This document shows, one piece after another, positions 19,775 through 30,404 of a stretch of DNA of 64,000 nt. Below the pieces are notes generated by a model, which was not told the DNA's origin, ran no database searches, and saw nothing but the letters and a program-made list of their open reading frames with translations. Both the position numbers and the translations under genes were made by a program. Origin of the DNA: an uncultured Gammaproteobacteria bacterium (GTDB taxonomy: Bacteria > Patescibacteriota > Patescibacteriia > UBA11705); the NCBI GenBank assembly GCA_964592195.1, contig CAZQEI010000003.1, forward strand, positions 20,174 through 84,173, written 5' to 3'. How positions within the stretch are numbered: position 1 is the stretch's first letter; the number at the start of each line of letters is the position of its first letter.

Positions 19775-20767
19775 CTAATCACCATTCTTCAAACCTTTTA
19801 AAATCATTTTCAACTCATCAATCGACACCACCTGCACTAATTTCTGACGCCATTCGCTGGCATTGGGAAAACCACGGAAGTACCACAATAAAAATTTTCG
19901 TAATTCAACAATACCGTGATCGCCCTTGGTTTCATACAACAATTTCGCGTGCTCGAGCGCGACTTTTTTTATATCTTTTAATTCAAAGTCTGAATATTTT
20001 CCAGTATTTAAAGAATCTTTCACTTGATTGAATAACCACGGTTTACCATATAAACCACGTGCCAAGGCAATACCATCAACTCCGGTTAAATCTAACATTT
20101 TCTTGGCGTCTTCAGGAGTGTTAATGCCACCATTACCAATAACAATTCCGTTAAATCGTCTTTTTGCCTCAGCCATGATTTCATAGTTAACTGGACCGGA
20201 AAAACCTTCTTCGTAAGTTCTACCATGCAACATTAACGTGGTAACTGGCAGGTCTTTTATTTTATCAATAAAATCCAACACCGTAATGGTGTCTTTTTTT
20301 GAAGAATTAATTTTACCATCCTCTTTCTTGTTAATACCGGCTCGAGTTTTAACTGAGACTGGAAGTTTTGTTGATTCGCAAACAGCATGAACTAATTCAT
20401 GCACTAAATTTAAATTTCTCAACAGCTCAACTCCACCGCCATGCGCGACCACTTTTCTAGCCGGGCAACCAAAGTTCAAATCAATGCCATCAAAGCCGGC
20501 AGCTTCAACATGCTTCACGGCTTTTTCAACTAAGTTCGGCCGCTTGCCAAACAACTGCAAAACCGTTGGCTTTTCCTTTTTCGTGCGCGCCAAACGAGCG
20601 AAAGTTTTTTCACTGTCGTAATATAAAGCATCGATGGACGTCATTTCAGAATAAACAACGTCTGCGCCGTACATTTTGCAAAGAGTTCGAAAAGCGGCGT
20701 CGGTGATACCGTCGAGTGGGGCTAAAGCGAGAATTGGTTTTTTGAGTTTTAACCAGAAATTGGGCAT
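19775..20767 (-). CDS. tRNA-dihydrouridine synthase (Dus family)
   Basis: LAPLDGITDAAFR, DLNFGCPARKV catalytic Cys motif. Confidence 0.85.
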   Translation of the reverse strand: MPNFWLKLKKPILALAPLDGITDAAFRTLCKMYGADVVYSEMTSIDALYYDSEKTFARLARTKKEKPTVLQLFGKRPNLVEKAVKHVEAAGFDGIDLNFGCPARKVVAHGGGVELLRNLNLVHELVHAVCESTKLPVSVKTRAGINKKEDGKINSSKKDTITVLDFIDKIKDLPVTTLMLHGRTYEEGFSGPVNYEIMAEAKRRFNGIVIGNGGINTPEDAKKMLDLTGVDGIALARGLYGKPWLFNQVKDSLNTGKYSDFELKDIKKVALEHAKLLYETKGDHGIVELRKFLLWYFRGFPNASEWRQKLVQVVSIDELKMILKGLKNGD

Positions 20768-21012
20768 AAAAGATCACTATTTTTGTTACATCCCCATTTA
20801 TGGGGGAGTGAAAGATTGAACGAAAAGGTTGAAATAAAAATATTACTTTTTCCTAGGATTAAGACTCTTACTCCCACCTGAAGGTGGATGTAAGGAATTA
20901 CATTTAATTCAATTAAACTTGTTAAAATTATACCAAAACCACCAAATTTTCGCTACTTATTGACACGAAAGACACATTTATTCTCTAAAACTAGCTAATT
21001 TTCATAGACATG

Positions 21013-21045
21013 GTATTGACTTTTTCAAAAAAGTATGCTATAATT
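21013..21045 (+). promoter_or_regulatory. sigma70 consensus promoter TTGACT-N17-TATAAT
   Basis: read directly ~45 nt upstream of ATG 21090. Confidence 0.55.
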
Positions 21046-21089
21046 AATAGTCAAAGTGGACTTTAACAACCTGAGAAAAGAGGCATAAA

Positions 21090-21719
21090 TTGGACGAATC
21101 CAAAGGCCGCAAACTGCTTCACTGGTTTAAAAACTGTCAAATTCAGGTCATCTCTGAATTTACCAGACAAAGTGGTCGAGTCAGACAAGGCCATTGGGTC
21201 GAAGCTGTCGGATCTACTGATGTCCGGGGTAATAACTATCGCAATGAAAGACACTGGAGTACCAGAACCGGCCACCTTGGAGGATTCGTCAAGTTCAATT
21301 TCTACCCGAACTGGCAGTGGACAAATCCGACTGAAGTATTTCCGACTGCCACCATCGTAGCCAATATAAAGGTCATTCAGTACCCTGATACTGGAGCCAT
21401 CATTTTCCAAATTCGTGAGTTGGAACAACCATACCCAAAGCCGGAAGCTCTGATTACGATTACTCGATACGAACATCGGATCGAACACTGTGAAAAGATT
21501 GAGATCGTTCCCGGATTATATGTCCGGAAGTTCCCCCCCCTTGAAATTAACTACGAACAAAGCACTTTCAAGAAAACGTGTTTGTTCTGCGGAACAGTGA
21601 GAGATATTGATCTGAACCATAAGAACTTGAAAGATGATCAGCTGAAAGCAGAAGTAGAGGACTGTCCTCACTGCCCAGAGTTCAGAGCGAAGCAAAAATC
21701 GATAGCAGCAGCTGCATAG
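21090..21719 (+). CDS. hypothetical protein with C-terminal CxxC...CxxC zinc ribbon (AT-rich paralog)
   Basis: 209-aa ORF; CLFCG ... CPHCPEF; homologous to downstream GC-rich ORF. Confidence 0.55.
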   Translation: MDESKGRKLLHWFKNCQIQVISEFTRQSGRVRQGHWVEAVGSTDVRGNNYRNERHWSTRTGHLGGFVKFNFYPNWQWTNPTEVFPTATIVANIKVIQYPDTGAIIFQIRELEQPYPKPEALITITRYEHRIEHCEKIEIVPGLYVRKFPPLEINYEQSTFKKTCLFCGTVRDIDLNHKNLKDDQLKAEVEDCPHCPEFRAKQKSIAAAA

Positions 21720-21860
21720 TCATATTTTCCTTATGGGATCTGGTGTATCGGCACTTTCCGTATACACCCCCATACGCCATGGGATAAAGCATACTTGGGC
21801 TGTTCCAAGGCATGCTGAGTCCTCTCCGCAACAGGCGGAGTTTTCAGGAAGGAGGCCATC

Positions 21861-22676
21861 ATGGCCAAGGATCCCCGTGTTCTTCTCCTGTCGCGCAATG
21901 CCTGCCAGATCCGCGTCGAAAAGGGCGGTGGTGGCACCGGCACCTGGCTCGACCCCAAACAGGTGGCCCCCGACGTGCTCATCCCCGAGCGCTTCCACGT
22001 GGGGCGTCAGGGCACGAGGCGGGTACAGATGTACTCGGTGAAAAATGGCGCGTTCATGGGGAAAGAAGTCTTCAACTGCTACTACTACCCCAACCCGAAC
22101 CAGCCCAGCAAGTTCGTCGGCGGCTACTACATCATGGCGGACGTCTTCGTCTTCGAGAAGACGATGACGCGAACCCTGCTCGACGAGCAGGGCGAGCCGG
22201 TCGTGGACCTCGACACGGGCGAGCCGTGCGTCGAGGACCACACCTTCCGCTACGTCGACATCGTCGAGTGCGAGAGCAACTCGATCCCGGCGCAGCACTT
22301 CGTGCGCTTCAGCGACGAGAAGCTGAGCGCCGAGGCCTTCGAGATCGGCCAGGGCTTCTGGATCAACATCGACCAGCCCGAGCCCCTCAACCTCGAGACC
22401 GACATGTTCGAGTACACCTGCACCTGCGGCAAGAGCTTCGATCTCAAGAAGCCCTGGCGCAAGGAAGGCGTGCCGCTGTGCGAAGACTGCCGGCCGACCG
22501 ACACCAAGCCCGGCTACGCGCCCTCGTCCAAGAAGGCGGCGCCCGAGCCCACGAAGGACGAGCTCGACGCCATCAACGCGGCGCTCGGTGGCAGCAAGAC
22601 CAAGCGCGTGACGCTGGCCGACGTCAAGGGCGGCGAGGTCTTCAAGGATCTCGCGGACAAGCTCGCGACCTTCTAG
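21861..22676 (+). CDS. GC-rich (~65% GC) homolog of preceding gene, zinc-ribbon protein, hypothetical
   Basis: RBS GGAAGGAGG before ATG; shares NCQI(Q/R)V, F(N)xYYPNxxQ, CxC...CxxC blocks with 21090..21719; codon usage completely unlike neighbours. Confidence 0.6.
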   Translation: MAKDPRVLLLSRNACQIRVEKGGGGTGTWLDPKQVAPDVLIPERFHVGRQGTRRVQMYSVKNGAFMGKEVFNCYYYPNPNQPSKFVGGYYIMADVFVFEKTMTRTLLDEQGEPVVDLDTGEPCVEDHTFRYVDIVECESNSIPAQHFVRFSDEKLSAEAFEIGQGFWINIDQPEPLNLETDMFEYTCTCGKSFDLKKPWRKEGVPLCEDCRPTDTKPGYAPSSKKAAPEPTKDELDAINAALGGSKTKRVTLADVKGGEVFKDLADKLATF

Positions 22677-22712
22677 CTCACCTGTTCCTTCGTTCTTTTG
22701 ATCAACTACAAT

Positions 22713-22745
22713 GAAAGGGGCCCCCATATCGCTGGGGGCTTTTCT
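22713..22745 (+). terminator. intrinsic terminator GGGGCCCCCA-N6-TGGGGGC-TTTTCTATT
   Basis: hairpin + U-tract at the end of the GC island. Confidence 0.65.
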
Positions 22746-22866
22746 ATTACTACGAATAACAAATCGGCTACGAATCTACGAATATTATAAAAACAAAAAC
22801 CGATTGCGAACAATCGGATTCAGTATATTGTCGTGATGAATGATCATTGATCAATGTTCCATGTCT

Positions 22867-23382
22867 CTAAATTTTATAAACATAAATAGGCAACTGATTT
22901 TCAAGTTTGGAAGATTCAAGTAGTTTGTCTTTCAACCATTCGATTGGGAAAGTATAACTAATTACATATTGGCCGGGTTGGAATTTTTCGAGCATGGCTG
23001 ATTCGTATTTTTCAAAACTCTTTGGGAGCCAGAACATAAATAAAGCGTCATAACCACTCCAATCGTATTTAAAACAATTACCGAATTTGATTTGAATATT
23101 TTTTTTTGTAATCAAGCGAATCTTGGCTAAGAAAAAAAACAACGGTGAAATTTCAATGCCGCAGAATTTTCCAGTTGGAAACTGGTTGTTTAAATAATTT
23201 AATATACCGCCTAAACCACAACCTAAATCAAGCACTGATTTAATTTGATATTTTTCAATCAATTGTTTTACCCTTTCCAAATCACGGCCATGACTGGGGA
23301 CATAAGGAGCGGTCATTTTAGTGGCTTTGATTAAAAATAAAACGCAGAAGGACATGATTAAGATTAGAAAGAATAAATCCAT
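22867..23382 (-). CDS. class I SAM-dependent methyltransferase with N-terminal TM helix
   Basis: motif I VLDLGCGLGG; 171 aa. Confidence 0.55.
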   Translation of the reverse strand: MDLFFLILIMSFCVLFLIKATKMTAPYVPSHGRDLERVKQLIEKYQIKSVLDLGCGLGGILNYLNNQFPTGKFCGIEISPLFFFLAKIRLITKKNIQIKFGNCFKYDWSGYDALFMFWLPKSFEKYESAMLEKFQPGQYVISYTFPIEWLKDKLLESSKLENQLPIYVYKI

Positions 23383-23645
23383 AGATTTTTTGAATGAAAG
23401 ATAAGAGAGAAGAGGGTGACGAGGGAGATGAGAGATGGAAAATAATTTCTATTTCACCACGCCTTCTTTCTAATCCGCCTCTGGCGGAAGGCGGGGAGGA
23501 GAGCTTGGTTCCCTCCGTAAACGGAGGGTGAACATCAAAAATATATAGAGATTGCCGCGTCGTCTCGATATTCATCGCGACTCCTCGCAAAAAAGAATAC
23601 TCTTCTGCGAGTCACACGAAGTGGGACGTGGCAGTCTCTTTAAAA

Positions 23646-24752
23646 TTATTCATCAAAAGACTCAAGCATTTCTTTTTGTTTGCGGGATAATTTCTTTGGG
23701 ATGGTAACAACGACGTTCACATATAAATCACCACGATTACCATTATCCATCGACGGCACACCGCGACCGCGGATGCGAAGTTTGGTATTAGGTTGAGTAC
23801 CAGGTTGAATCTCCAAATCCACCTTACCATCGAGAGTTTCAAACTCCACCGTCTTTCCCAATATTGCTGAGGTAAAAGGAATCTCAATATCGGTAAATAA
23901 ATCTTGTGCTTCACGATCAAATCTTTTATCTGGTTTAACTCGAATACTAATCATCAAATCCCCTGGTCGACCACCTGCCATACCAGCATTCCCCTGCTCT
24001 CGCAAACGCAAAGTCATACCATCATCCACACCAGCTGGAATTTTGACAGATAAATTTTTATTTTCTCGCTGTAAACCTTTGCCACCGCAAGCAGTACATT
24101 TCTTCTTCGAAGTTTTTCCCTCACCATTACAACCAGGACAAATAGCCGCAGTTTGAATATTACCAATAAATGTTCTTTGAACTTGAATAATTTGACCTGA
24201 ACCTCCGCATGTTTGGCAAGTTTCAATTGGAGTGCCGGGTTCAGCTTGATTACCGTGACAATGAGAACAAACCGTAGTTCGAGGTAAATTCAATTCTCGC
24301 TCCAAACCAAAGACTGCATCGCGAAAATCAATAGTTAACTCTACATGAATATCCTCACCATGACGAACGCGAGAACCGCGTTGGGAGCGACCACCCCGAC
24401 CGCCGGAAGCAAAACCGAAAATATCGCCAAACATATCACCCATGTCGCCAAAGTCGAAATTGATATTTTGAGAGCCACCGCCTTGGCGTGCCGCACGCAT
24501 GAAGTCTTCCCATCCCATACCTTGACCAAAACCGCCTTGTTGATCAAAGGAAGAACCAAATTGATCGTATTTCGATCGCTTATCCGGGTTACTCAAAACC
24601 TGATAAGCTTCATTTATCTCTTTGAACTTCGCTTCATCGCCACCTTGTTTATCTGGATGATGTTGGTGAGCCAACTTGCGAAAAGCGGTTTTTATTTCAT
24701 CAGGAGAAGCGTTTTTTTCGACTCCTAATGTTTTGTAGTAATCTTTGGACAT
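23646..24752 (-). CDS. dnaJ: chaperone DnaJ
   Basis: J-domain with HPD, G/F-rich region, four CxxCxGxG zinc-finger repeats. Confidence 0.95.
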   Translation of the reverse strand: MSKDYYKTLGVEKNASPDEIKTAFRKLAHQHHPDKQGGDEAKFKEINEAYQVLSNPDKRSKYDQFGSSFDQQGGFGQGMGWEDFMRAARQGGGSQNINFDFGDMGDMFGDIFGFASGGRGGRSQRGSRVRHGEDIHVELTIDFRDAVFGLERELNLPRTTVCSHCHGNQAEPGTPIETCQTCGGSGQIIQVQRTFIGNIQTAAICPGCNGEGKTSKKKCTACGGKGLQRENKNLSVKIPAGVDDGMTLRLREQGNAGMAGGRPGDLMISIRVKPDKRFDREAQDLFTDIEIPFTSAILGKTVEFETLDGKVDLEIQPGTQPNTKLRIRGRGVPSMDNGNRGDLYVNVVVTIPKKLSRKQKEMLESFDE

Positions 24753-24857
24753 ATGGGCTACGGATGCTACAGATATAAATATTTAATAATACTGAGCTAC
24801 AGATGCTACAGATGGAAATGTTTATCTATTGCTTTCTTGATTTCTTGTTTTTTTGTT

Positions 24858-25271
24858 TTATTTCCTAAAATAGTTGTAAGCAGACAGATCTAAATCATCT
24901 TCATCGGGCTTTTCCATGGGATCAATTTTAACATTTTGCGAGTCATTTATCAATGCGGAAAAGTTGTGACATTTAATAGTTTGAATATTTTTTTGTCGGG
25001 CGTAATAGAGAATATCTTTATCATCGGTAACTAATGAATAGCTGTTGGGATTTTGGCACGCATCAATTTCAAACTTTATTTCATCATCCGCATTACCGGC
25101 AAAGCGAACTTCTAGCAGTGGTGTGCTTAAATCTTCTGGGGAAAAACCATCAAAAATGATTAACCCGCTTTTATGACTACGGCGTAAATAGTTATCCACA
25201 GCCCAAATCAAGTCTTCGCGTTTTTCGAAGTCGGATTGGTAGAGCAAGTTGTATCCATCAATAATTATCAC
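24858..25271 (-). CDS. NYN/YacP-like PIN-fold RNA-binding protein
   Basis: MIIIDGYNLLY N-terminus typical of YacP/Rae1 NYN domain. Confidence 0.5.
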   Translation of the reverse strand: MIIIDGYNLLYQSDFEKREDLIWAVDNYLRRSHKSGLIIFDGFSPEDLSTPLLEVRFAGNADDEIKFEIDACQNPNSYSLVTDDKDILYYARQKNIQTIKCHNFSALINDSQNVKIDPMEKPDEDDLDLSAYNYFRK

Positions 25272-25394
25272 ACTATATTTTATTAACCCACCACAACTAA
25301 CAAAGATCCCCGCCTGCGCAGGGGATGACGGTGTGGTGAGTTTTTGCTTTTTTGTTTTATTGTCAGCCGGAGGCTGATCCGCCTCTGGCGGGTT

Positions 25395-25955
25395 TTATTG
25401 TTTTGTTGTTTTCTTTTTCTGAATCAACATACAATACTCAATATTCCCGCCCTTTTCACCGCGGATGGGAGATTCGATTATTTTTTCTACTTTAACGGGC
25501 AATTCTTTTAATACTCGCTCCACAATCTGAGGTAATAATTCTTCATTCACTTTTCCTTTGAATAATTCTGCGCGTTCTGCTTCGTAGTGGGGTTTCAACA
25601 ATGAGATAATCACTCCCCCGTCTTTGACTAAACTTAAAGCTTTAGGTATCACCAATCTTTGTCGTGTCCAACCGATATCGATCACGGCTACGTCAACTAA
25701 TTCTGGTAAGTCAACTTCCAGGGCGTTTGTTCTTTCCATGACAACCACGCGTTCATTGTTACGAAGCTTCCAATCAACCGTGCCATAACCTTTTTCCACA
25801 GAATAAACTTTCTTCGCGCCATGTTGTAATAAGCAATCAGTAAAGCCACCGGTGGAAGCACCAAGGTCAACGCAAACTTTACCTTCAACGTTGATATTGA
25901 ATTCTTGCAAAGCTTTTTCTAATTTTTCCCCGGCGCGGGAAGCGTATGTGGGCAT
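25395..25955 (-). CDS. TlyA-family (FtsJ-like) rRNA 2'-O-methyltransferase lacking the S4 domain
   Basis: SRAGEKLEKAL...GKVCVDLGASTGGFTDCLLQHGAKKVYSVE matches TlyA core; only 186 aa. Confidence 0.65.
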   Translation of the reverse strand: MPTYASRAGEKLEKALQEFNINVEGKVCVDLGASTGGFTDCLLQHGAKKVYSVEKGYGTVDWKLRNNERVVVMERTNALEVDLPELVDVAVIDIGWTRQRLVIPKALSLVKDGGVIISLLKPHYEAERAELFKGKVNEELLPQIVERVLKELPVKVEKIIESPIRGEKGGNIEYCMLIQKKKTTKQ

Positions 25956-26143
25956 ATTGATAAGAGTATAAAGAGAATAAAGAGTAAATGAGAATAAAGA
26001 GATTTAAAACTCATATTTACTCACAGGCGACGCTCGAAGTGAACGCCGCCTGTTGGTAATTTTCCCTGCCATGCTTCGTCAGGCTCAGCACGACAGGGGG
26101 TACTATTTGCTTTATTGCTTTTTTGATTTCTTGCTTTCTTGCC

Positions 26144-28069
26144 TTACTTCTTCTCAGTAAACTCAGCATCCTGAACATTATCATCCTTTTTATCATCCTT
26201 TGGTGGTTGTTCTGGGTTTGGGTTCTGGTTAACTTCAGGATTTGGGTTTTGACCTGGTTGTGGCTGTTGTTGTTGATATAAAGCAGCACCCACTTTTTGA
26301 ACCACTTGAGATAATTCTTCAGTAACTTTCTTCATTCCTTCTAAGTCATCTGTATCCTTCAATTTCTTCAACGCTTCTACTTTTTCTTCCACTGGTTTAC
26401 AATCTTCTTCTTTAATCTTTTCTTTATTCTCACGTAAAACTTTTTCTGATGTGTAAATTAAAGTGTCAGCAATATTTCGCGCTTCAGCGAGCTCACGTTT
26501 TTTCTTGTCGTCAACAGCATGCGCTTGCGCATCTTGTTTCATTTTTTCAATTTCTTCTTTATTCAAACCGGAAGATGAAGTAATGGTAATGCGTTGTTCT
26601 TTGTTGGTCGCTTTATCCACCGCTTTCACATTCAAAATACCATTGGCATCAATATCAAAACTAACTTCCACTTGCGGAATACCGCGAGGAGCTGGTGGGA
26701 TACCATCGAGGATAAAAGTTCCCAATGTCTTATTATCACTAGCCATTTCGCGTTCACCCTGCAATACGTGAATTTCAACTTGGGTTTGATTGTCAGCCGC
26801 GGTGGAGAAAATTTGTGATTTGGCAGTTGGAATCGTGGTATTTCTTTCAATTAACTTGGTCATCACACCACCCAAAGTTTCAATACCAAAGGATAATGGT
26901 GTTACATCTAACAATAAAACATCTTTCACATCACCTTGCAACACACCAGCCTGAACAGCGGCACCCAAAGCCACCACTTCATCTGGGTTAACGCTAATGT
27001 TTGGTTTTTTGCCAAAAAATTCTTCCACTTTTTTCAAAACCAACGGCATACGAGTCATACCACCGACCATGACCACTTCTTCGATTTCACTCAAAGAATA
27101 TTTGGAATCAGCAATGGCTTTGCGGCAAGGATCAAAAGTGGCGTCGACTAAATCTAAAACCAATTCTTCCAATTTCGCTCGAGTTAAAGTTTTCACTAAA
27201 TGCACTGGATTACCACTACCATCTTGAGCAATAAACGGTTGATTAATTTCCGATTCATTAGCAGTACTTAATTCAATTTTGGCTTTTTCACCAGCATCTT
27301 TAATTCTTTGCAAAGCAATAGGATCCTTGGACAAATCAATACCAGTTTCTGCTTTGAATTCATTTAAAATCCAGTTAATAATGCGTTGATCAAAATCATC
27401 ACCACCTAAGTGAGTATCGCCGTTCGTTGACTTCACTTCAACAGTGTCTTCCGCGACTTCTAAGATTGAAATATCAAAAGTACCGCCACCCAAATCATAG
27501 ATAGCAATCTTTTGACCTTTTTTCTTTTCAAAACCATAAGCCAAAGCGGCCGCGGTTGGTTCGTTAATGATACGTAATACTTTTAACCCGGCGATTTCAC
27601 CCGCGTCTTTAGTTGCTTGTCTTTGCGAATCATCGAAATAGGCTGGGACGGTAATAATAGCTTCATCAATTTTTTCACCTAACTTGTCCTCAGCATCAGA
27701 CTTCAACTTTTGCAAAATCATAGCGGAAACTTCTTGCGGAGAATATTCTTTGCCGCTCATATCGACTTTGACGCCAACACCGGCTTGTGAAATTTTGTAT
27801 GGCAAAACTTTTGCATCGCGAGTGACCTCAGCATCATCAAAATGCCGACCAATCAAACGTTTTATCGAAGCAATAGTATTTTGCGGATTGGTAACAGCTT
27901 GTCGCTTGGCCAATTGACCGACTAAGCGTTCACCTGTTTTGGAAATCGCCACGACAGACGGCGTAGTACGCGCGCCTTCTTTATTTTCTAACACTTTTGG
28001 TTTACCGCCTTCCATGATAGCCATGCAGGAATTGGTGGTACCCAAATCAATACCTAAAATTTTTCCCAT
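26144..28069 (-). CDS. dnaK: chaperone DnaK (Hsp70)
   Basis: [19 protein letters not shown], full-length Hsp70; Q/P/N-rich C-terminal tail. Confidence 0.97.
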   Translation of the reverse strand: MGKILGIDLGTTNSCMAIMEGGKPKVLENKEGARTTPSVVAISKTGERLVGQLAKRQAVTNPQNTIASIKRLIGRHFDDAEVTRDAKVLPYKISQAGVGVKVDMSGKEYSPQEVSAMILQKLKSDAEDKLGEKIDEAIITVPAYFDDSQRQATKDAGEIAGLKVLRIINEPTAAALAYGFEKKKGQKIAIYDLGGGTFDISILEVAEDTVEVKSTNGDTHLGGDDFDQRIINWILNEFKAETGIDLSKDPIALQRIKDAGEKAKIELSTANESEINQPFIAQDGSGNPVHLVKTLTRAKLEELVLDLVDATFDPCRKAIADSKYSLSEIEEVVMVGGMTRMPLVLKKVEEFFGKKPNISVNPDEVVALGAAVQAGVLQGDVKDVLLLDVTPLSFGIETLGGVMTKLIERNTTIPTAKSQIFSTAADNQTQVEIHVLQGEREMASDNKTLGTFILDGIPPAPRGIPQVEVSFDIDANGILNVKAVDKATNKEQRITITSSSGLNKEEIEKMKQDAQAHAVDDKKKRELAEARNIADTLIYTSEKVLRENKEKIKEEDCKPVEEKVEALKKLKDTDDLEGMKKVTEELSQVVQKVGAALYQQQQPQPGQNPNPEVNQNPNPEQPPKDDKKDDNVQDAEFTEKK

Positions 28070-28147
28070 ACTGATATTTTCGTTTAATTAATAAAATTAG
28101 ATTATAGATTAGAGATTATAGTTTTGAAGATTATTAATAAGCTAGAA

Positions 28148-28438
28148 TCAACTTTCAAACGTAACCAACTGACTACCTTTGATTTTATTTCCATTTAAAT
28201 ACACATTAATCGCGGAAATGAACCAAAATACTTTTTGATAAATAACTTGGACATTTTCTGAATTGGCAGTTTTGAATGTTTTGCCCATTTTGATTTCATC
28301 CATGGTGCCAAATTCACCTAACAAAGCTTGATCCTGAAAAACTTGCACTGGACCAGACTTGAACATAATACCGCCGTCCCATTCTACGGTAACAGAACGA
28401 CCGGTGGCTTTGTCTACGAAGTTGAAGACTGTTTTCAT
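28148..28438 (-). CDS. hypothetical small protein
   Basis: 96-aa ORF. Confidence 0.35.
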   Translation of the reverse strand: MKTVFNFVDKATGRSVTVEWDGGIMFKSGPVQVFQDQALLGEFGTMDEIKMGKTFKTANSENVQVIYQKVFWFISAINVYLNGNKIKGSQLVTFES

Positions 28439-28553
28439 ATTTGTGCATTACGAATTTTCGAATCCTTTACGAATGTGTTCGAATTATTGTTAATCGGGTT
28501 TTGATGATAATTCGTAAAAATTCGCAATAAATTCGTATATTCGAATTGATCTA

Positions 28554-28961
28554 TTACTTTTTTAATTTAACAACATTGGTTCTTTCTTTTTTCAAATCTG
28601 ACAGCAAGGTAACGAGAGCTAAGATCCAATACCTATTAGATTCATGAAATTCGTGAGTCAACATATTGTTAAGATACTCAGTTTCTGTTGGTGCTAATAA
28701 TCCAGATGAGCGCATTTCATTAATTACCGAACTTAACTGAGTCTTCAAATACGTGCTTTCACCAGTTTTAAGCTCACCCAACAATCGAACTATTTCAACT
28801 TTGATTTGATCGGCATTCCAATCTTTTTCTTCAATCATTTCATTGGCAGTTTTAATATACTGAGTAAAACGAGTACCCAATTGATCACCATTTTCCGGTA
28901 ATTCAAACGGGTTACTCTCAGATGATGACCGTTTACCTACAAACACATCAAATAATCCCAT
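28554..28961 (-). CDS. hypothetical protein
   Basis: ORF 28554..28991; likely start MGLFDVF. Confidence 0.4.
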   Translation of the reverse strand: MGLFDVFVGKRSSSESNPFELPENGDQLGTRFTQYIKTANEMIEEKDWNADQIKVEIVRLLGELKTGESTYLKTQLSSVINEMRSSGLLAPTETEYLNNMLTHEFHESNRYWILALVTLLSDLKKERTNVVKLKK

Positions 28962-29054
28962 ACATTTAATTCTTGTCCTCCGAAGTTTCAACGAAGGAGG
29001 ATTAATATTTACTTAGCCGAGTCTCCAAGAGATCAGAGACTCGATAATTAAACA

Positions 29055-29483
29055 TTATTTTTTCTTCTTTTTAATATTGACTTTAAGTTTTTTGACATTC
29101 TCCTGTTTCAATTTCGGAATAGTCACAGTCAAAACGCCTTCAGCAAAGTCAGCTACCGCATTTTGCCCTTGCACGTGAGCAGGTAATGCTACAGAACGAT
29201 AGAAACTGCCAGTATGGATTTCTTTGCGGTAATAATTTTTCTCATCCACTTCTGACTTGTGTTCTGACTTGCCTTGAATAGTGAGAACGTCGTTTTCCAC
29301 ACTCACTTCGACTTTATCCGGATCAATGCCCGGTAACTGGGCCTCGACCACGAGATTGTCGCCTTTTTCATAAACATCGAGCGCCGGGGCAAAAGCAGAT
29401 GGCGTCCCACGGCGGAAATCCTCAAAGAAGCGATCCATATCGCCAAACGGTTCGAGGAAAGGCGTCCATTTGATGATAGACAT
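29055..29483 (-). CDS. Hsp20/alpha-crystallin small heat-shock protein
   Basis: ACD domain, GVLTVTIPK C-terminal motif. Confidence 0.9.
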   Translation of the reverse strand: MSIIKWTPFLEPFGDMDRFFEDFRRGTPSAFAPALDVYEKGDNLVVEAQLPGIDPDKVEVSVENDVLTIQGKSEHKSEVDEKNYYRKEIHTGSFYRSVALPAHVQGQNAVADFAEGVLTVTIPKLKQENVKKLKVNIKKKKK

Positions 29484-29584
29484 AGAGTTGTTTAATTATT
29501 TATTAGCTGATCAAATTCCAAATCTCAAATTACAAATTCCAAAGTTGGTATAAATTTGGTTAAAGAGAATAAAGAGAGACAGGA

Positions 29585-29812
29585 GAAACGGGCCTGCCTG
29601 CCGGCAGGCAGGGGTGACGAGAGTGACTGGTGAAGGAATCGGAATTTATTTAATTTGCTTTCATTAGAGATTGCCACGTCCCGATAAATCGGGACTCGTC
29701 CCAAAGGGATCCCTTCGGGACAAAAGAGGTAAGCAAATATTTTATCCGTAATATCCGTCGTGTCATTCGACACGACTGGCATGTCGGATGACATGCCGTA
29801 AAATCGGTAAAA
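29585..29812. other. structured non-coding region (>=5 stable hairpins incl. GC palindrome CCTGCCTGCCGGCAGGCAGG)
   Basis: hairpins GTCCCGA/TCGGGAC, GTCGTGTC/GACACGAC, GGCATGTC/GACATGCC read directly; no convincing ORF. Confidence 0.4.
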
Positions 29813-29831
29813 ATCAGTATATCGGTAATCA

Positions 29832-30323
29832 CTATTTACCAACTACCACTTTCGCCACTTGAATAACTTTACCATTTAATTTATAACCAGACTTAGTTTC
29901 TTTAACAATGACATCACCATCTTTATCCTGATGTTCGACTGCTTCGTGAATCTCGGGATTAAACTTTTCACCCACAGTTTTTATTTCTTCTACGCCGTTG
30001 TTAACTAGGAAATCACCCATCATCTTTTTAATATGTCCGAAACCCACCACCCACGCATTACTCTTCTGCTCTTCTGGAATACTATTTAACGCTGATTTAA
30101 AATAATCAAATACTGGTAATAACTCAATCAACAAATTTCCATTGGCGTATTTAACAAAATCTTCTCGATCGCGAGCAGATTCTTTTTTCAAATTTTCATA
30201 ATCAGCCATGGCGCGTTTCCAGCCGGCTAGATATTCTCCAGCTTTAGTTTGTAAATCGTTGATTTGGTTATCTGCGTTATCGTTGCTTTGAGTACTGTTT
30301 TGTTGTTGTTTTGACTTCTTCAT
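29832..30323 (-). CDS. grpE: nucleotide exchange factor GrpE
   Basis: C-terminal GrpE beta-domain GYKLNGKVIQVAKVVVGK. Confidence 0.9.
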   Translation of the reverse strand: MKKSKQQQNSTQSNDNADNQINDLQTKAGEYLAGWKRAMADYENLKKESARDREDFVKYANGNLLIELLPVFDYFKSALNSIPEEQKSNAWVVGFGHIKKMMGDFLVNNGVEEIKTVGEKFNPEIHEAVEHQDKDGDVIVKETKSGYKLNGKVIQVAKVVVGK

Positions 30324-30404
30324 AAATTACGAATTTTCGAATTTGTTTCGAATGTGTACGAATTATTGTTTTTATAATGTTGCGAGTATTTATTTGATCA
30401 ATGG

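Noticed and set aside
21720-22727. 335-aa minus-strand and 300-aa plus-strand alternate ORFs in the first GC island
   Set aside because: Same GC artefact. Arg/Ala/Gly-rich nonsense composition. The 21861..22676 frame has the RBS, zinc-ribbon cysteines and homology to the neighbour.
26017-26289. 90-aa ORF overlapping the dnaK 3' end
   Set aside because: Same-strand alternate frame within Q/P/N-rich low-complexity tail of DnaK; no support.
28440-28470. TTCGAATCC T-loop-like string suggesting a tRNA
   Set aside because: Lies inside the TACGAAT/TTCGAAT intergenic repeat array. No acceptor/anticodon stem structure. No tRNA or rRNA could be supported in this window.
29525-29842. 105-aa and 60-aa ORFs between hsp20 and grpE
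   Set aside because: Composed of translated hairpin/palindrome repeats. Region better explained as structured non-coding DNA or RNA.
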